Source: the human T2T-CHM13v2.0 reference genome, Homo sapiens
NCBI RefSeq assembly: GCF_009914755.1
Contig: NC_060929.1
Strand: one strand, 5' to 3'
DNA length: 64,000 bases
Numbering within the stretch: position 1 is the stretch's first letter; each line of letters starts with the position of its first letter. The position numbers and the translations under genes were made by a program. Below are positions 1 to 14,357 of the stretch, in pieces. The notes beneath the pieces are model-generated. The model was not told the DNA's origin and ran no database searches. It saw nothing but the letters and a program-made list of their open reading frames with translations.

Positions 1-99
1 CCTATCCTACACCCTTAAATCCCGGTATCAGTCACTAGAGAAGCCTCAGATATAGACAACGTAAAATAGATTAGGTTTTCCTAAAGATCTTCCAGAGTC

Positions 100-406
<307 letters not shown>

Positions 407-1111
407 TTGGAGTCATTTTAGATCTAGAAAAGAACCTCTCTTATTCCTGTATAATTCCAGTGTGGACCAATGATACTTATCAATGTCCAAATGTGATTCC
501 TAGGTGACAAAATGCCAATAGTTAGCTGGATCACAGCCAGCTGAAGAGCAGTAAGGAGCATTTGGCAGCTTTTGAAAGGCTGCTCATAAGACTGTGAGTA
601 GTTATAGCAGTGAAACAGGATCAGCCTGATCAAATGTTCAAAGCGCTTGCAACCTGCTGTTAAGGAGGTGTGAAAAATTAGAAATCTGTTTTTAACATTG
701 TCTTTTTTAAGTTCCTCATTATTAACACTTAAGCTAAAAAACAGATTCAGAGTGTCAAAATCTCTGCCAATGGAACCAAATAACATGAATACCCAGCCTT
801 TGTTTTAAACACACTTATAACGTATTTTTTATATTTTCAATGAGTTTTAGAGAAATAGATAACTGACATACTACATACAGATAATGAAGATACTGAACTG
901 AGCATTAGTAATGTTCTAGAACAGGAATAATTGCATTAGTTAACACAGACAGAGACATCAATGAAAAATTTAACAACTAGATGGATAGTTGGGCATAAAA
1001 AAGTACTACTTTGCTGATGTTTCATTGATGTCATATATTATAAACAAGTAATACTGAGCATGTAGGTTTGGGATTAAATAATTTGGTGTGGCCAGAAATG
1101 TAAACACTTAC

Positions 1112-1165
1112 CTCATATAGAAAGGCAATTTCAAAATTAAAATGACTACTATCAACTTTGGAGAA
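1112..1165 (-). other. Candidate 54-nt internal exon of an unidentified minus-strand gene
   Basis: Minus strand reads catttttatgcctttgcccttttcag|TTCTCC...TATGAG|gtaagtg: strong polypyrimidine tract plus AG, consensus donor, length divisible by 3, two open frames (FSKVDSSHFNFEIAFLYE / SPKLIVVILILKLPFYM). Confidence 0.55.
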
Positions 1166-1564
1166 CTGAAAAGGGCAAAGGCATAAAAATGTAAATTTTT
1201 AAAAACTAATTAAATCAATGTTATATTATAAATAATTATCTATAGAGTTTAGTAAAAATTTCCATTCAATCTTGCTTAGCAGTATACATTGGTATTACTG
1301 TGCTGGGTGCACTTGTTAATATGATTTGCTCTACTTCAATCCAATTTGAAGATCATCCTTTATACACAGGCTCCCACTTTCTATGGAATCTTGATATACA
1401 CAGATTGTCATAATCTTTACTTTCTGTCTGTGTTATCCTCACAGAGAGCATATTGTCCTTTATATCCTCCCAAGACACTGGTGGCTTCTTAATACTTGTT
1501 GACTAACCTTGGAAGTCTTGCTGTACTCTATTTCAATGTTTTCACATAAAAATTAACACCAGAA

Positions 1565-1886
1565 CCAGACTTCCACTCATGCCATGGAGGAGAATGTGGG
1601 ATTTGACCTCTTGCTGTAAACAACTAAAAACTGGATATAGGAAACAACTGTTTTTAGACACGGGACAAAAGGCAATGCTTCCCAGCAATACCTTGATGAA
1701 AGGGGAAAAAATAGGTGGAGTCCTATCATCATCCTAGCTTTTTGCCTCAGGGCAAATTCCAGAACACAGTACAAGGACGGAGACATCCAAATACAGAACA
1801 ACAGTCTCTTGAGTTGAGACCAAGATTTGGAGGAGGCTGAGGCAGCTGGAATTTATGAGGCAGAGTACCAGACAGAAGGGATACAG

Positions 1887-1937
<51 letters not shown>

Positions 1938-2250
1938 CCAACAATCCATATAGGGGTTCCTTTACTAGAGCAGGCAAAGAACCATTGCTCCCACAGGGCT
2001 GGAAAACCACTGACTACTCAGTAGAAAGACCTCATTGAACACCAAGAGCATTCAGTAGAGACCAGTGGGTTCATACAGAGGCAGGGCTAACTTAGTCCTA
2101 AAGTAAAGCTACTATATGGACTCATTCTAACAATTATGGGTAATTTTAACAACTCAAACCAAGCTTTTAACAACATGTAACTATAGCCAGACTAATGTGG
2201 CTAGAAAGTAGCTTAAAGATACTTTACAGTATCATTACTGTAAAGATAAG
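1565..2250 (+). mobile_element. Old L1 (L1M/L1ME-type) 5' region fragment
   Basis: GACTTCCAC...AACAACTAAAAACTGGAT...GAAACAACTGTTTT resembles old L1M 5' ends; highly diverged. Confidence 0.55.
1889..1934. repeat. (AC)23 microsatellite
   Basis: Uninterrupted AC run. Confidence 0.98.
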
Positions 2251-2850
2251 TTACCTCCCTCAAAAAAAAGGCGATACTAGGAATGAAGTATAACTTTTAA
2301 GTGGGTGAAAGACTTGCCCAAATTACTAAAATTGTATTGAATTGTTACCTCTACAGAGAAAACAATATGAAGCACAAAGAAACACCAATATAATAACAAA
2401 AATTTTGTCACCATATTTTCTTATTAAGCATTTTTATTCTGTGACACAATGAAGAGTTCACAGTTTTCTAGTAGGTTATAGGTCTAATTTTGAAGTAGGA
2501 TCAATGGAAAGAGAAACGGTTGACTTATAGAATTCAACTGATGGCAAAATGTCCTAGAACAGTTACTTTTATCAATCAAAGGATACTTGCAGTTATACTT
2601 GGAGCCAATCAGACAACCCTAACTTTCCCCACCTGAGAGAATAATGCTGTAACAGGTAATGAGTTACCTTTTCCAAACTGAGAAAATTAGCACTGCTTCG
2701 TGCTGGGAGGACACAGTGGGTATCAATACTTAACTAAGATACAATTACTGTTGATAGAAATTTCCTGGGAGCTAAATGCAAACCAATAAATATAATGCAT
2801 CAATTCAGCACTACCCAGTAGACTTAAAGATAGAGCTTATATGGAAGTTT

Positions 2851-2893
2851 AAAAAAAAAAAAAAAAAAAAAAAAACAGGAAAAAGGAAAAAAA
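2851..2893. repeat. Poly(A) / A-rich tract
   Basis: About 25 consecutive A plus an A-rich extension. Confidence 0.9.
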
Positions 2894-3774
2894 GTTTTTT
2901 CAAATAAATTTTAATTGTTCAGTTTTAACACAGAATTAACATTTCTTCATGCATTCAAATACGAATAGCCAAAACACAGTTACTCTAACCAAATATTCCT
3001 AAGTAGCTTAAAAATGACTAGGCTGTAAGATTTTATCCAGCCTACTTATCTCAATCCAAAGTAAATTTTCGTTAAAAAAAGAAACTAAACATAATTATAA
3101 AACTGCATTTTTACTTCTGAAATTAACCATGTTAAACTCATGTTTTAATTTATAAACAATTTATTTCATGTTTCTTAATATTCAATGCTGGTTATTTTTA
3201 GCCAGTTGAATTACTACTTAAATGGCCTTTCCTCCGTTTAATTGTATAACAGCACTACCACCAGACAATAGGTAAATAAAGCATAAAGTTTACTAAAATC
3301 AGTCAATAATATTAAATATTTTTACAAAAAAATTTTGGAATATTCATTTGAAATTAGTGTCTTTAATAAAGGTCTTGTTACATTTTACATTATATTTAGT
3401 CAAGGTCCTCATCATTTGTACAGAAAATTTAAAGACAGAAAAGAAAATTATCTTTACAAATTATTTCCCAAAGGAATAATTTTAGCCAAGTTCCAAGTGT
3501 TCTTAAATTAAAATTTTGAAACTTAAAAACTGTGTCTCTACCATCTCAGTACAGTTCTACCTCTGGAATTTATTCTAAAGAAAAAAGTATATAAAAAGTT
3601 TCATATAAAGGATTTTTATGATAGGGTTTTTTACTGACAGTAAAAGACAAAATGGAAGTAGCCTGTATGTTCAACTAAATAGAAATGATTAAATTATGGT
3701 ACACTATTTTGCATATATGTAAAAAGTAATGAAAGTATATAGAATAAAACTTTGCAAAGTAATTACAACAAACC

Positions 3775-4935
3775 CTGACAACAGTAAATTCTGGCAATGA
3801 TGTAGAGTAACAGAGATTTTCCTTCATTGCTGGTGGGAATGCAAAATGGTCCAGCCACTTTGGAAGACAGTTTGGCAATTTCTTACAAAGCTAAACATAC
3901 TCTTATCAGGAATTGTACTCCTTGGTATTTACCCAAATGAACTGAAAACTTATGTCCACACAAAAACCTGCACACAGATGTTTGGCAACTTTATTCATAA
4001 TTGGCAGCACTTGGAATCAAGCAAGATGATTTCAGTAGGTGAATGGAGAAATAAAGTGTAGTACATCCAGAAAATGAAATATTCAGTACTAAAAAGAAAT
4101 GAGGGGACATGGATGAAGCTGGAAGCCATCATCCTCAGCAAACTAACACAGGAACAGAAAACCAAACGCCACATGTTCTCACTCATAACTGGGAGCTGAA
4201 CATTGAGAACACATGGACACATGATGGGGAACATCACACACCACGGCCTGTTGGGGGATGGGGGATGAGAGTTGAGGGGAGGGAACTTAGAGGACAGGTC
4301 AATATGTGCAGCAAACCACCATGCCACATGCATACCTATGTAACAAACCTGCACGTTCTGCACATGTATCCCCTTTTTTTTGTTTTTAAAGAAGAAATGA
4401 AGAAAAAAAGAAGGCAGAAAAAAAAGAAAAAGAAAAAAGAAATGAGCTATCAAGGTATGAAAAGACACGGAGGAAACTTAAATGCTTATGACTAAGAGAA
4501 AGAAACCAATCTGAAAAGGCTACATACTGTATGATTCCAACTTTATGACATACTGGAAAAGGCAGAAGTATAGAGAGACAGTAAAAGGATAAGTGGTTAC
4601 CAGGAGTTAGGGGGTCAGAGGGATGAAAGCCACAGAATGCAGGATTTTTAGGGCAGTGAAACTACCTTGTATGCTACTACAATGGTAAATACATGCCATC
4701 ATGTGTTTGCCAAAACTCATAGAATGCACACCACCAACAGAGAACCCTAATGTAAACTATGGACTTCGAGTAATAATGAGGCTTCAATGTAGGTTCATCA
4801 ATTATAACCAAAAGTATCATTATGGTGGGGGATGTTGATAAACGTGGAGGTAACACATGTGTGGGAGCAGAAAGAATATGGGAAATCTCTATATCTTCCA
4901 CGCAATTTGCTGTGAACCTAAAAGTTAAAATTTAT
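3775..4935 (+). mobile_element. L1MC1-like 3' end, interrupted by a younger L1
   Basis: AAAACTTATGTCCACACAAAAACCTGCACACAGATGTTT...AACCCTAATGTAAACTATGGACTT...TGCTGTGAACCTAAAA. Confidence 0.8.
4104..4433 (+). mobile_element. 5'-truncated L1PA (L1PA8/L1PA8A-like) 3' end
   Basis: ATGGATGAAGCTGGAAGCCATCATCCTCAGCAAACTAACACAGGAACAG; A-rich tail; TSD AAAAAGAAATGAG at 4091-4103 and 4434-4446. Confidence 0.9.
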
Positions 4936-7169
4936 TTTAAAAGTTATTACAATGGGTAATGAAGCTTCCTACTCCTCTATGCTTTTCTATATTTGGCAGT
5001 TTTTCTGTATCAAGAAAAAAATTTCTAAACTTAGTAAAGTTCCTATCTCCATCTCCAATCTTACTGTAAATTATCTACATGTAACATTTTCCTCAAGTAC
5101 AGATGAACAAGTTTACTGTAACAATAAGTTATGTCAACATACTATAACCAAGAAAACATCTTCTTTCTAAATAATGTAAATTTTATATCCCGTGAAAATA
5201 CTTTAAAGCTTTCTAAAGTTTTTTTCCTCTGACAAGGAAAAGCATTGAAAATAACTTATTTATAATTTCCTCCTCGCTTTACCACTATTTTTTCCTTAAT
5301 TCCCCCTGTGAATTCTCTTTTGTGATCTTTACACATGCCATTTTGGCATTTAAATCTACTTTGCTTTACATCTGCTTTCCTTTCCCATCCACTTTACCTT
5401 CTTCTTTAATGTTTCCCCTATTCCTTCCTTAATTCTAGCCAAATCTCTGTGCTCGTCTAGCTGTGACACATTCGGTGATGTCTTCAGTTATACCTACTTC
5501 ATCAGTCATATTTAAGTATGCACATTAATATTCACCATTAAGTGATGCCAGTGCTTATAATCCATTTTCTACTTTCTCCAAATGAATTCTGAGTTTTTCT
5601 CATTGCTAATTTCAGCAATATATCCGACCTGTACTCCTTAGGACACAGGCAGAACAGAAAAGAAATGCTTCAGATGAATACACCTATAGACACAGGGTCC
5701 ACAACTCTAATACCACTGAAGGAAGTGGGCAGATGGTCAAAGGAAAATCCCAATTCATGAAAAACCCAGGATAATCTTTTCCCTCTGATTTTAGAGGATA
5801 GAAATGTATGGTAATCATTTTTAAAAACCATTATTTGGAGCTATTTTTTAAAGGCTCCAAATAAAATAATCAGAATCACAGGGTATTTTTTTCCTCTGGG
5901 CATTAAGCCACTTCTTAGCCCTAGTTTAATATATTAAGATATCAACAACATTTGCTCTTTGAGGCTGTTTATTCCTCTCTTCATTAGTCAACTCTTAAGC
6001 ATCTACTTTGTGTAAAGTACTGAGAACCAATGAAATGTAATTAATATAAGACCCACTAATTCAGAATTTGTGGCAATATGGTCAGGGGATGCATCATTAC
6101 TCCAAGAAAGAGTTTAACAATTTAGTACCATAAGGATAATTCTAAACATCAAATGTTTGAAACAAAAACCATTTTCAAACATCCTGAGAAAGTTTATGAA
6201 TAAACACTTACTATGCTAATCACCATCAACAGTTTAGTAAGCTTCTATTAATGTTCCAGCACTTAAGAAAAAAACAAAATCTTAAGAAAAAAACAAGATG
6301 CAAATCTTGCCCTTAAGTAATTTTCAGATTTGCTAATGGGACAAGACATATAATTAAAATTAAGATCAATAATACAAAGGAGCATGTGACAGGTGTACAG
6401 GCAATAAAAACATCAAGAATGTTGAATAGGAAGAAACCATGGAAGAGGTTCTTCACAAAAGGGCTTTAACAGGAATTAAGGGAAATGGGATAAGCAGAGA
6501 GAAAAGGGGATTTTTAAGGAAAGAATAATAGCATGAAAGAATTATCTACACTATATGTGACAGTGGTTGCCAAAATAAAATTCTCTATGTACTTGAAAGT
6601 AATAAAATGGTTTCATAAAATATTCTACTATTGAGCCACATTTCTTCTACACTATCAATATGCAAAAGAAAGATTTTGCTCCATTATATTATTTTTACTA
6701 CAAAACAGTAATAGCAACTTATATTTATAGTGTTTTATAGCTTATATAATGCTTCCACATATGAAATTATTAATTAGTAGCAGCTTACTAAGAATTTTTC
6801 ACATAATTCTCTTATTTTTCAACTTACAGTAAAATAAGCCTTATATGCACATATAATTGAAAAGATATTCATCTACATGGCATTTCCTAATTAAAATTTA
6901 GGTTACTATGAAAACTGTTGGAACACAAAAACTTAGTAACCAAAATCATAAGCAAATACCCAGAAAATTTTTAAATACAAGAAAATAGTCCATATTTTTC
7001 AAATTTAGATAAAATTATTCTGATTCTTCCATTATTTTTGTCTAAAATAAATGTTTAAGATGATCTCCACATATGAAGCCAAAATAATCAACAAATGAAA
7101 GAGAAAAATAGACAAGGGAAGAAAAGATTAAACACGACATATGCTTCAACTAAATTAATCTCCAGATAC

Positions 7170-7475
<306 letters not shown>

Positions 7476-7742
7476 TCTTTTTTTTTTTTTTAAACAGTCT
7501 CGTGCTATCCCTCAGGCAACCTCTGCCTCCCAGGATAAAGCGATTCTCACGCCTCAGCCTCCTGAGTAGCTGGGACTTACAGGCGCCTTGCCACCACGAT
7601 GGCTAATTTTTGTATTTTTAGTAGAGACGAGGTTTTGCCATGTTGGCCAGGCTGATCTCAAACTTCTGACCTCAGGTAGTGATCTGCCGTCCTCGGCCTC
7701 CCAAAGTGCTGGAATTACAGGCATGAGCCACCACACTCGGTC
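7476..7742 (-). mobile_element. Alu (AluS) with an internal deletion in the right arm
   Basis: Reverse Alu directly abutting the previous one; about 40 nt missing between CAGGC and AACCTC. Confidence 0.92.
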
Positions 7743-7849
7743 CAGATATTTACTTTCTAATCACTTGCACTAAGAAGCATTTAGCACCCATGGGTGACCA
7801 AATAAAAAGACAGTAAGCTAAGACGTCTTGACTTCCCTAAGTCCAGATG

Positions 7850-8560
7850 AAAATAATCAGACTAACTCTTTGATTTTGGATAAGCAATCACAGCATAATC
7901 ACCAAATTTGAAAATAAAACTAAGGAGCTAACTAATATATTTATATTCCTGAATTAGGATCCCAAAAGAATAGGGAACTCTGAAATACTGCACTAAATCC
8001 ATTAAGACTAACTTAACAAAAACCAATGTAAAATCCTGTGCTTGAATCAAAAAAACTTGTAAAGGATGACAAATATGACTTAACAACAGCCCATATGAAA
8101 AGACAGGTTTTAGTTGACTGCAAATTCAAGATGAATTAATCGTGTATTTGCCCTGCCAAAAGAGCTAATTTTACCTTAAAATGCATTAATAGACTATAAG
8201 AACTAGAAAAAAAGAGGTAATAGTCCTACAAAGATGAGGAGAAAAGAGACAAGTCAAGAGAAATGGCTGAAAGTGTCAGTGATGCATAGCCTGCAAAAAG
8301 AAAAGGCCCAAATACTTAATAGGTTGTCAGGTATTAGAGGGCTTGGTCTTATTTCACATGGCTAAAGACGTTGGCACTAAATCAATGAATTAAAATGATA
8401 AGAAGGCAATTTTTAACTCAATACTACATACCAAAGACCTTGTCTGTAACCATTAGAGCTATTCAAAAATGTTACAGACTGAGAAATGAACCATTTGGGA
8501 GTTGGGATATAGAAGTGTCCAATCAATGAAAGTGTAAAAATACAGGTTGAAGCCAGGCAT
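7850..8560 (+). mobile_element. L3/CR1 LINE relic
   Basis: GTTTTAGTTGACTGCAAATTCAAGATGAAT...GCCAAAAGAGCTAAT resembles CR1/L3 3' ORF2 sequence; very diverged. Confidence 0.55.
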
Positions 8561-9769
8561 ATTGCAGGAGCTTTATATCCATTGAATAGAGGTTTGAACC
8601 AGATAACCTTTAAAATATCTCCTAAGTACAAGATTATTTAATCCTATCATTACTAAAATTTGGCCCAGAGGGAATACATGATTTCAAGAGTAACAGAACT
8701 AGTGAGTAGAAGAGTTAAGGATGTATAATTCCTGAAGCTTAGTCTACTATATCTAGAAAAATACTATAAAACATCATGATTCAGTATTTTCCCTCAAAGA
8801 AATTATACTGCCCAGGAAATCTCACTTTGGGACCAAGTAAAGGACCAAGAAGTGGCAAGCTCACACGTCAAAGTTAAACCTAAGGCAACTGCTAGCACAA
8901 CCGCTACCACTCTCACCACATACCCCTCCACTCAAATATTAAGAAGATAAACTCTATTTCTTCACAATATAAGTCTGTGTGGTTCCCCATGGCTCACTGT
9001 AGACCAATGTTCCAAAGTTTCCAAGCCAATTTATATCTATGGGAAATATGTGGTCCTACCAGTCAAAGCTTATTCAATTGACTCAATGACAGTTGGTTAA
9101 ATGAGCAAATTCGGAGCAACTAGATTTAGAATCATTAAACAGTAAGAGGTATATCAGTATAAAACTTTTCTCTAAAATATTATGCAATTTCTAAACATAT
9201 TTATTCCTTCCTAATTCTCCCAGATGTTAGCTTTTCAAAGAGCAGATAATTTCTACATTTTATATTAATTGAATCCTTTTAACCTAATCTACCCTATAAT
9301 TTAAAAAAACATACTTTTATTCCAAAACGGTTGAAAGGGATAAATTACACTAATATTGACAATTACAAAGTCATCTAAATAGAAAATGTGTTCTAATAGG
9401 CTCATGGTACTAAACCAGACTACTATGCCACTTCAGTGTTTTCTTGGCATATCAAAACGTAATTTATAGACTGTAAGTAAAATATTTTAGTAAAGGCCTA
9501 CTTTTCTTAATTGACTGCCCTAAATATTTGCATAATTAAATGTATTTGAAGGCAGAATAGATTGCAGATCAAAGTACTGTTGTGCGCAGAATCTATTCCT
9601 ATATCTTTTAACAGTTCCCTTTTGATTATCCACAGTAATTTCCAAGAGAAATACCATAGAAGCTCCAAAAGAGCAGATTAACCAAAAGCACAGAGCCTTA
9701 ATAAGGTATTCTCTTCCCCAAACACATATACTGAGCACAAACATATACACATGCATGCACACACACACA

Positions 9770-10252
9770 ATTTTAATCCCTTCTATTGCAGAAACTGGAA
9801 GTTGCCTCCAGGGTCTCTCCACTGAGTGGTAAGAAACCAAATTTTTAGCTAGACACATTGTTCCCCAGCTAAAAAATAATAGTCCCCCATCATCTCCCTT
9901 AAAACTGGGTACATTCACTTGCCTAAAGTTTGGCCAAAGAGTTGTAGATTGAAGTGGGAAGACTTAAACAGGGTGTATACTCTTCTACATTCCTTCATCC
10001 AGCTACCAGTTTGTAAGACAGGTGTGATGTCTAGAGTTTCAGCCTCCATCTTGGGCTACAAGAATATACCATTTTAGGGATGCCAAAATAAAACGGTACA
10101 AGTGGAATAGATACCTAGACAGCTTCACGAAACTGCCAGCTTATCTCTGGATTCTCAACCTTCAAACTTCATTTATTTAAGAGGAAATAAATTGTAATCC
10201 TGTTACTTTTACGTTTTTTGTTATATGCAACCTAATGAAATCCTAACTAGTA
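9770..10252 (+). mobile_element. Old MaLR LTR (MLT1J/K-like)
   Basis: CCATCTTGGG...GGAAATAAA...TTTTTTGTTATATGCAACCTAATGAAATCCTAACTAGTA matches MLT1 3' end style. Confidence 0.55.
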
Positions 10253-10379
10253 AATGTGTTGATAAATCAGGGGTGCTTGGTAGCCTTCCCATAATACAAG
10301 TTCCACACAATTCTGCCCAAACTGATTGCTGTGCAATCCTTGTTTTAGTTTACTTCTTTAGTGTATTTAATCATCATTA

Positions 10380-11470
10380 TGACTCCCTCAAAGTTAAAAC
10401 ATCAAATCACTCCCTACTTGTTCTCCCCCATATCTTAAATCATTCCTTTGTTCTTCCTACATGCTTTTCTCCTCTACGTAGACCTAAAATATCAACATTC
10501 CCTAAGGTTACCTCATGGTCTTCTCATTCCACACATTTTCCTCAGACCCACTACGTCAGTCAATAGAAAACAGCCAATCTTTGCACTACTAAACCTCTGT
10601 CCAACTCAATGTGCTAAAAGCTGCAGATGTATTTATTCAACTGTTTACTGAGCATATTCACCTGAAAGTCCCTCAGGCAACTTAAATGCCATCGCTTCTC
10701 TGTTCTGCCTCTTAGTTAATGACACCATAGCCACTCAGCTGCTCAAACCAAAAACCTGACAGTTACGCTCAATTTCTTACTCTTAACTGATATCCAACCA
10801 GTCACTAAGTATTTTGAATTTTATAGTCTATGGCTCATAACCATCTTATTTGGCAATGTCCTCACTGTCACTATTATAATAGTATTTGAAGTGGTCTTCT
10901 TTTCTCCTATTCCTGCTCCTTTCCATAGTGAAGTCAAAAGATGATGTGAAAGTGTTATTCTCTTCAAGTTGCTTCCCCATCATCGGTAGACCTTCATATC
11001 TACAGGAGAGGGGCCAGATATGTAAATATGCAAGCACGGTCTTCCTAGATTTAGCGATGGCTCTTTCTACAATCTCATTCCGTATCTCAACCCACGTAAC
11101 ACATTCATGTTGAAACCACACCGAACAGTCCCCCAAATGAACAGCATCGTTTCACAGCTAATTACCTTTCCAGATGCTGCTGCCTAGAATTTCCCCTCCT
11201 GCTAAACCAGGAAAATGGCTCCTCCTCCTTGAAGAGCCTAATCCAGTATTTCTTAACCGTGAAGCCTTTCCTAACTACCATCCTCTCTTACCCCCTCCTT
11301 CCCCTCTTTGTAGAACTACTGTATCTTTGTTATAGAAATTACGCAAATAAATAATTATGACTGAGTATAGTAGCTAGTTATTTTAGAATTTAATACTAGA
11401 AAAAAATACAAATTATCTTTGCATCCCTAGCAATTCTCTGACACCTGGTAGATGTTAGTGGAAAGAAGAA
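10380..11470 (+). mobile_element. L2 LINE fragment
   Basis: CACTCAGCTGCTCAAACCAAAAACCTG...GTGAAGCCTTTCCTAACT...TTTGCATCCCTAGC motifs of the L2 3' half. Confidence 0.6.
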
Positions 11471-11538
11471 AGGAAGGGAAGAAAGGGAAAAGGAAAGAAA
11501 AAGAAAAAGATAAAGGAAAGAAAAGGAAAAGAAGGAAG
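11460..11538. repeat. GA-rich low-complexity tract
   Basis: Almost pure purine GAAA/GGAA run. Confidence 0.85.
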
Positions 11539-13606
11539 CCTGGCTCTTTAGTCCTCATAACTCTATCAGAAAAATTAAGAGCCAGGAAGATTTCAAAATT
11601 TATTCAAGGTCACTCAGTAATTAATACGCAGGGTAAAGTGTTATGATCTTCCATCTGTTTCTCAAGTTTACTTTAGTCTCAGAATAATAATATTCGTTTA
11701 AGGCCTACTCTCCTTTTCCCCCAAATTTCAATACTCTTTAAGAGTGGCAGAAAAATTATTTATAAAACTAATGTGCCCCAAAGCATAAAAAGTTGCCTAT
11801 TGGACATCCAGTTTCTAGTCCAGCATATAAGAAGCTTAGAAATCACCAATCTATCCCAACAACAAGTAAAAAGCTGAACAAACAGAAAAATCAACAGCTA
11901 TTCTTAGCTCCATAAAATAAGTGAGGTCACAGGGCAAACCACTGCCCTCCAAAACTGAAGAGACAGGCAGGTATAGAGAATCACAGCTTACCATAAGAAA
12001 CAAACAAACAAACAAACAAAAAACCCTGAGCAGAAATCTCTGCAGGAATCAGCGCCAGGGAAGGAAAATCTAATCTGTAATTGATAAATTGCTGGAGGCT
12101 CAGCGTGGACAAGTCCAAGAGTAAAAAAACTCCACGGGGAACCAGTTACTGGAGAGGCCTCCACACTTTTGCAAGTTTTATTTCTAAGAACCCAATCTGG
12201 TTCTCACACTAAGTATCAGAGAAAAATACCCTAATGCCTCTATCAAGGGGAGAAATAAAGAAACTATTTTTGAATACACAGTGTATTCTGTTCCTAACCA
12301 GGTCTGCTCTCAGGAAGAACTATTTTGCCACAGCATACTCTGGCTGGGTTTTAATCAGAACCTAACTGACCTGAGGAAAAGGACATACCAATTGCAGCCC
12401 CCTCCAGACATCTTGTCCCACCTTAAGGGTGAAAAAAAAAAAAAAAAAGCACTGATGAAGCTCAGTCCAGGGGCACCAGCTCACCAAAAGACACAGTCCT
12501 TATCACAGGACTATAAAAGGCTTTCCCTCCCCCAACACAACACCACTAAGCTACTAAAGGCCTATTTACAGCAATTGTTTTTATCCAGCACATCATGTCT
12601 GGCTTTAAGAAAAAATTACATGGCATATGAAAAGGCAAATGTACAGTTTGAAGAGACTGAACAAGAACCAGAACCAGGGTCTGATATGGCAGGAATGTTA
12701 GAATTATCCAATCAGGAATTTTCTTAAAACTATGACTAATATGCTAAGGCTTTAATGAAAAAAGTAGACAATATGCAAGGACAGATGGATAATGTAAGAA
12801 GAGAGATGGAAATTCTAAGAATGAATCAAAAAGAAATTCTAGAGACCATAAACACTGTAAAAAAAATGCGGAATGTCTTTGATGGGTCTATTAGTAGACT
12901 AGATGTGGCTGAAGGAAGAATCTCTAAACTTGAGGATATCTCAACAAGAACAGTCCCAACTGAAAAGCAGAAGGAAAAAGACTGCAAAAAATAAATAAAA
13001 AGAACAGAATATCCAAGAACTGTGGGACAACTATAAAAATTTTAACATACATGTAATGAAAAAAGCAGTAGGAAAGGAAAGAGAAAAAGGAACAGAAGTA
13101 GTATCTGAGCAATAATGACTGATAATTTTTCCAAATTAACGTCAAACACCAAACCACAAATCTAGGAAGCTCAGAGAACACCAAGCATGATAAAGGACAA
13201 AAAAATCCTACACCTAGGCATATCATATTCAAACTTCAGAAAATCAAAGATAAAGAAAAAAATCTTGAAAAAAGCCAAAGGAATAAAACACTTTATCTAC
13301 AGAAAAGCTAAGATAAGAATTATATCTGACTTATCCTCGGAAACTATGTACGCAGGAATAAAGTAGAGTTGAGAGGAAAAAAAATAAAAGAACGCCAAAC
13401 CTAGAATTCTATATCCTGTGAAATTATCTTTCAAAAGTGAAATAAAGACCCATAAAAATTGAAAATTTGTTGCCAGCAGACCTACTTTGAAAGAAATTTT
13501 AAAATAAATTTTTCAGAGATAAAGAAATTAACATCTGTCAGACTTGGGTCTACATTTTTAAAAAAGGAAGAGCATTATAGAATGAATAAGTAAAGGTAAA
13601 ATAAAA

Positions 13607-13929
<323 letters not shown>

Positions 13930-14357
13930 TGACCTAATAGATAGTTGGTTCAAAGTAAAATATCAACAATGTATTTGATTATGTATGCTTATATACGTAT
14001 CCTTATATGTAAGTAAAATGAATGACAGCAACAATAAAAGGAATGAGAGGAAGGAATTAGTAATATTTTGCTATAATAGGGTACTTACACTAACCATATA
14101 GTGGTATAGTGTTATTTGAAAGTGAATTTGGGTTAGTTATAAAAATGTATATTTCAAACTTCAGAGCAAACACTATAAAAGTTTTTTAAAAGCATAATTG
14201 ATATGCTAAAAAAGGAGAAAAATGGAATCATATACAATGCTCAACTACAAAAGGCAAACAAGTATGTGAGGCAAAAATAAGAACAAAGTACAAGTGCCAA
14301 CAAATAGAAAACAGTAATAAATATGGTAAATATTAATCCAACTACATCAATAATCAC

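Noticed and set aside
1734-2024. ORFs with CVCVCV / HTHTHT runs
   Set aside because: Translations of the (AC)n microsatellite
11452-11646. Lys/Arg-rich ORF resembling a nuclear localisation peptide
   Set aside because: Translation of a GA-rich low-complexity tract at an L2 end
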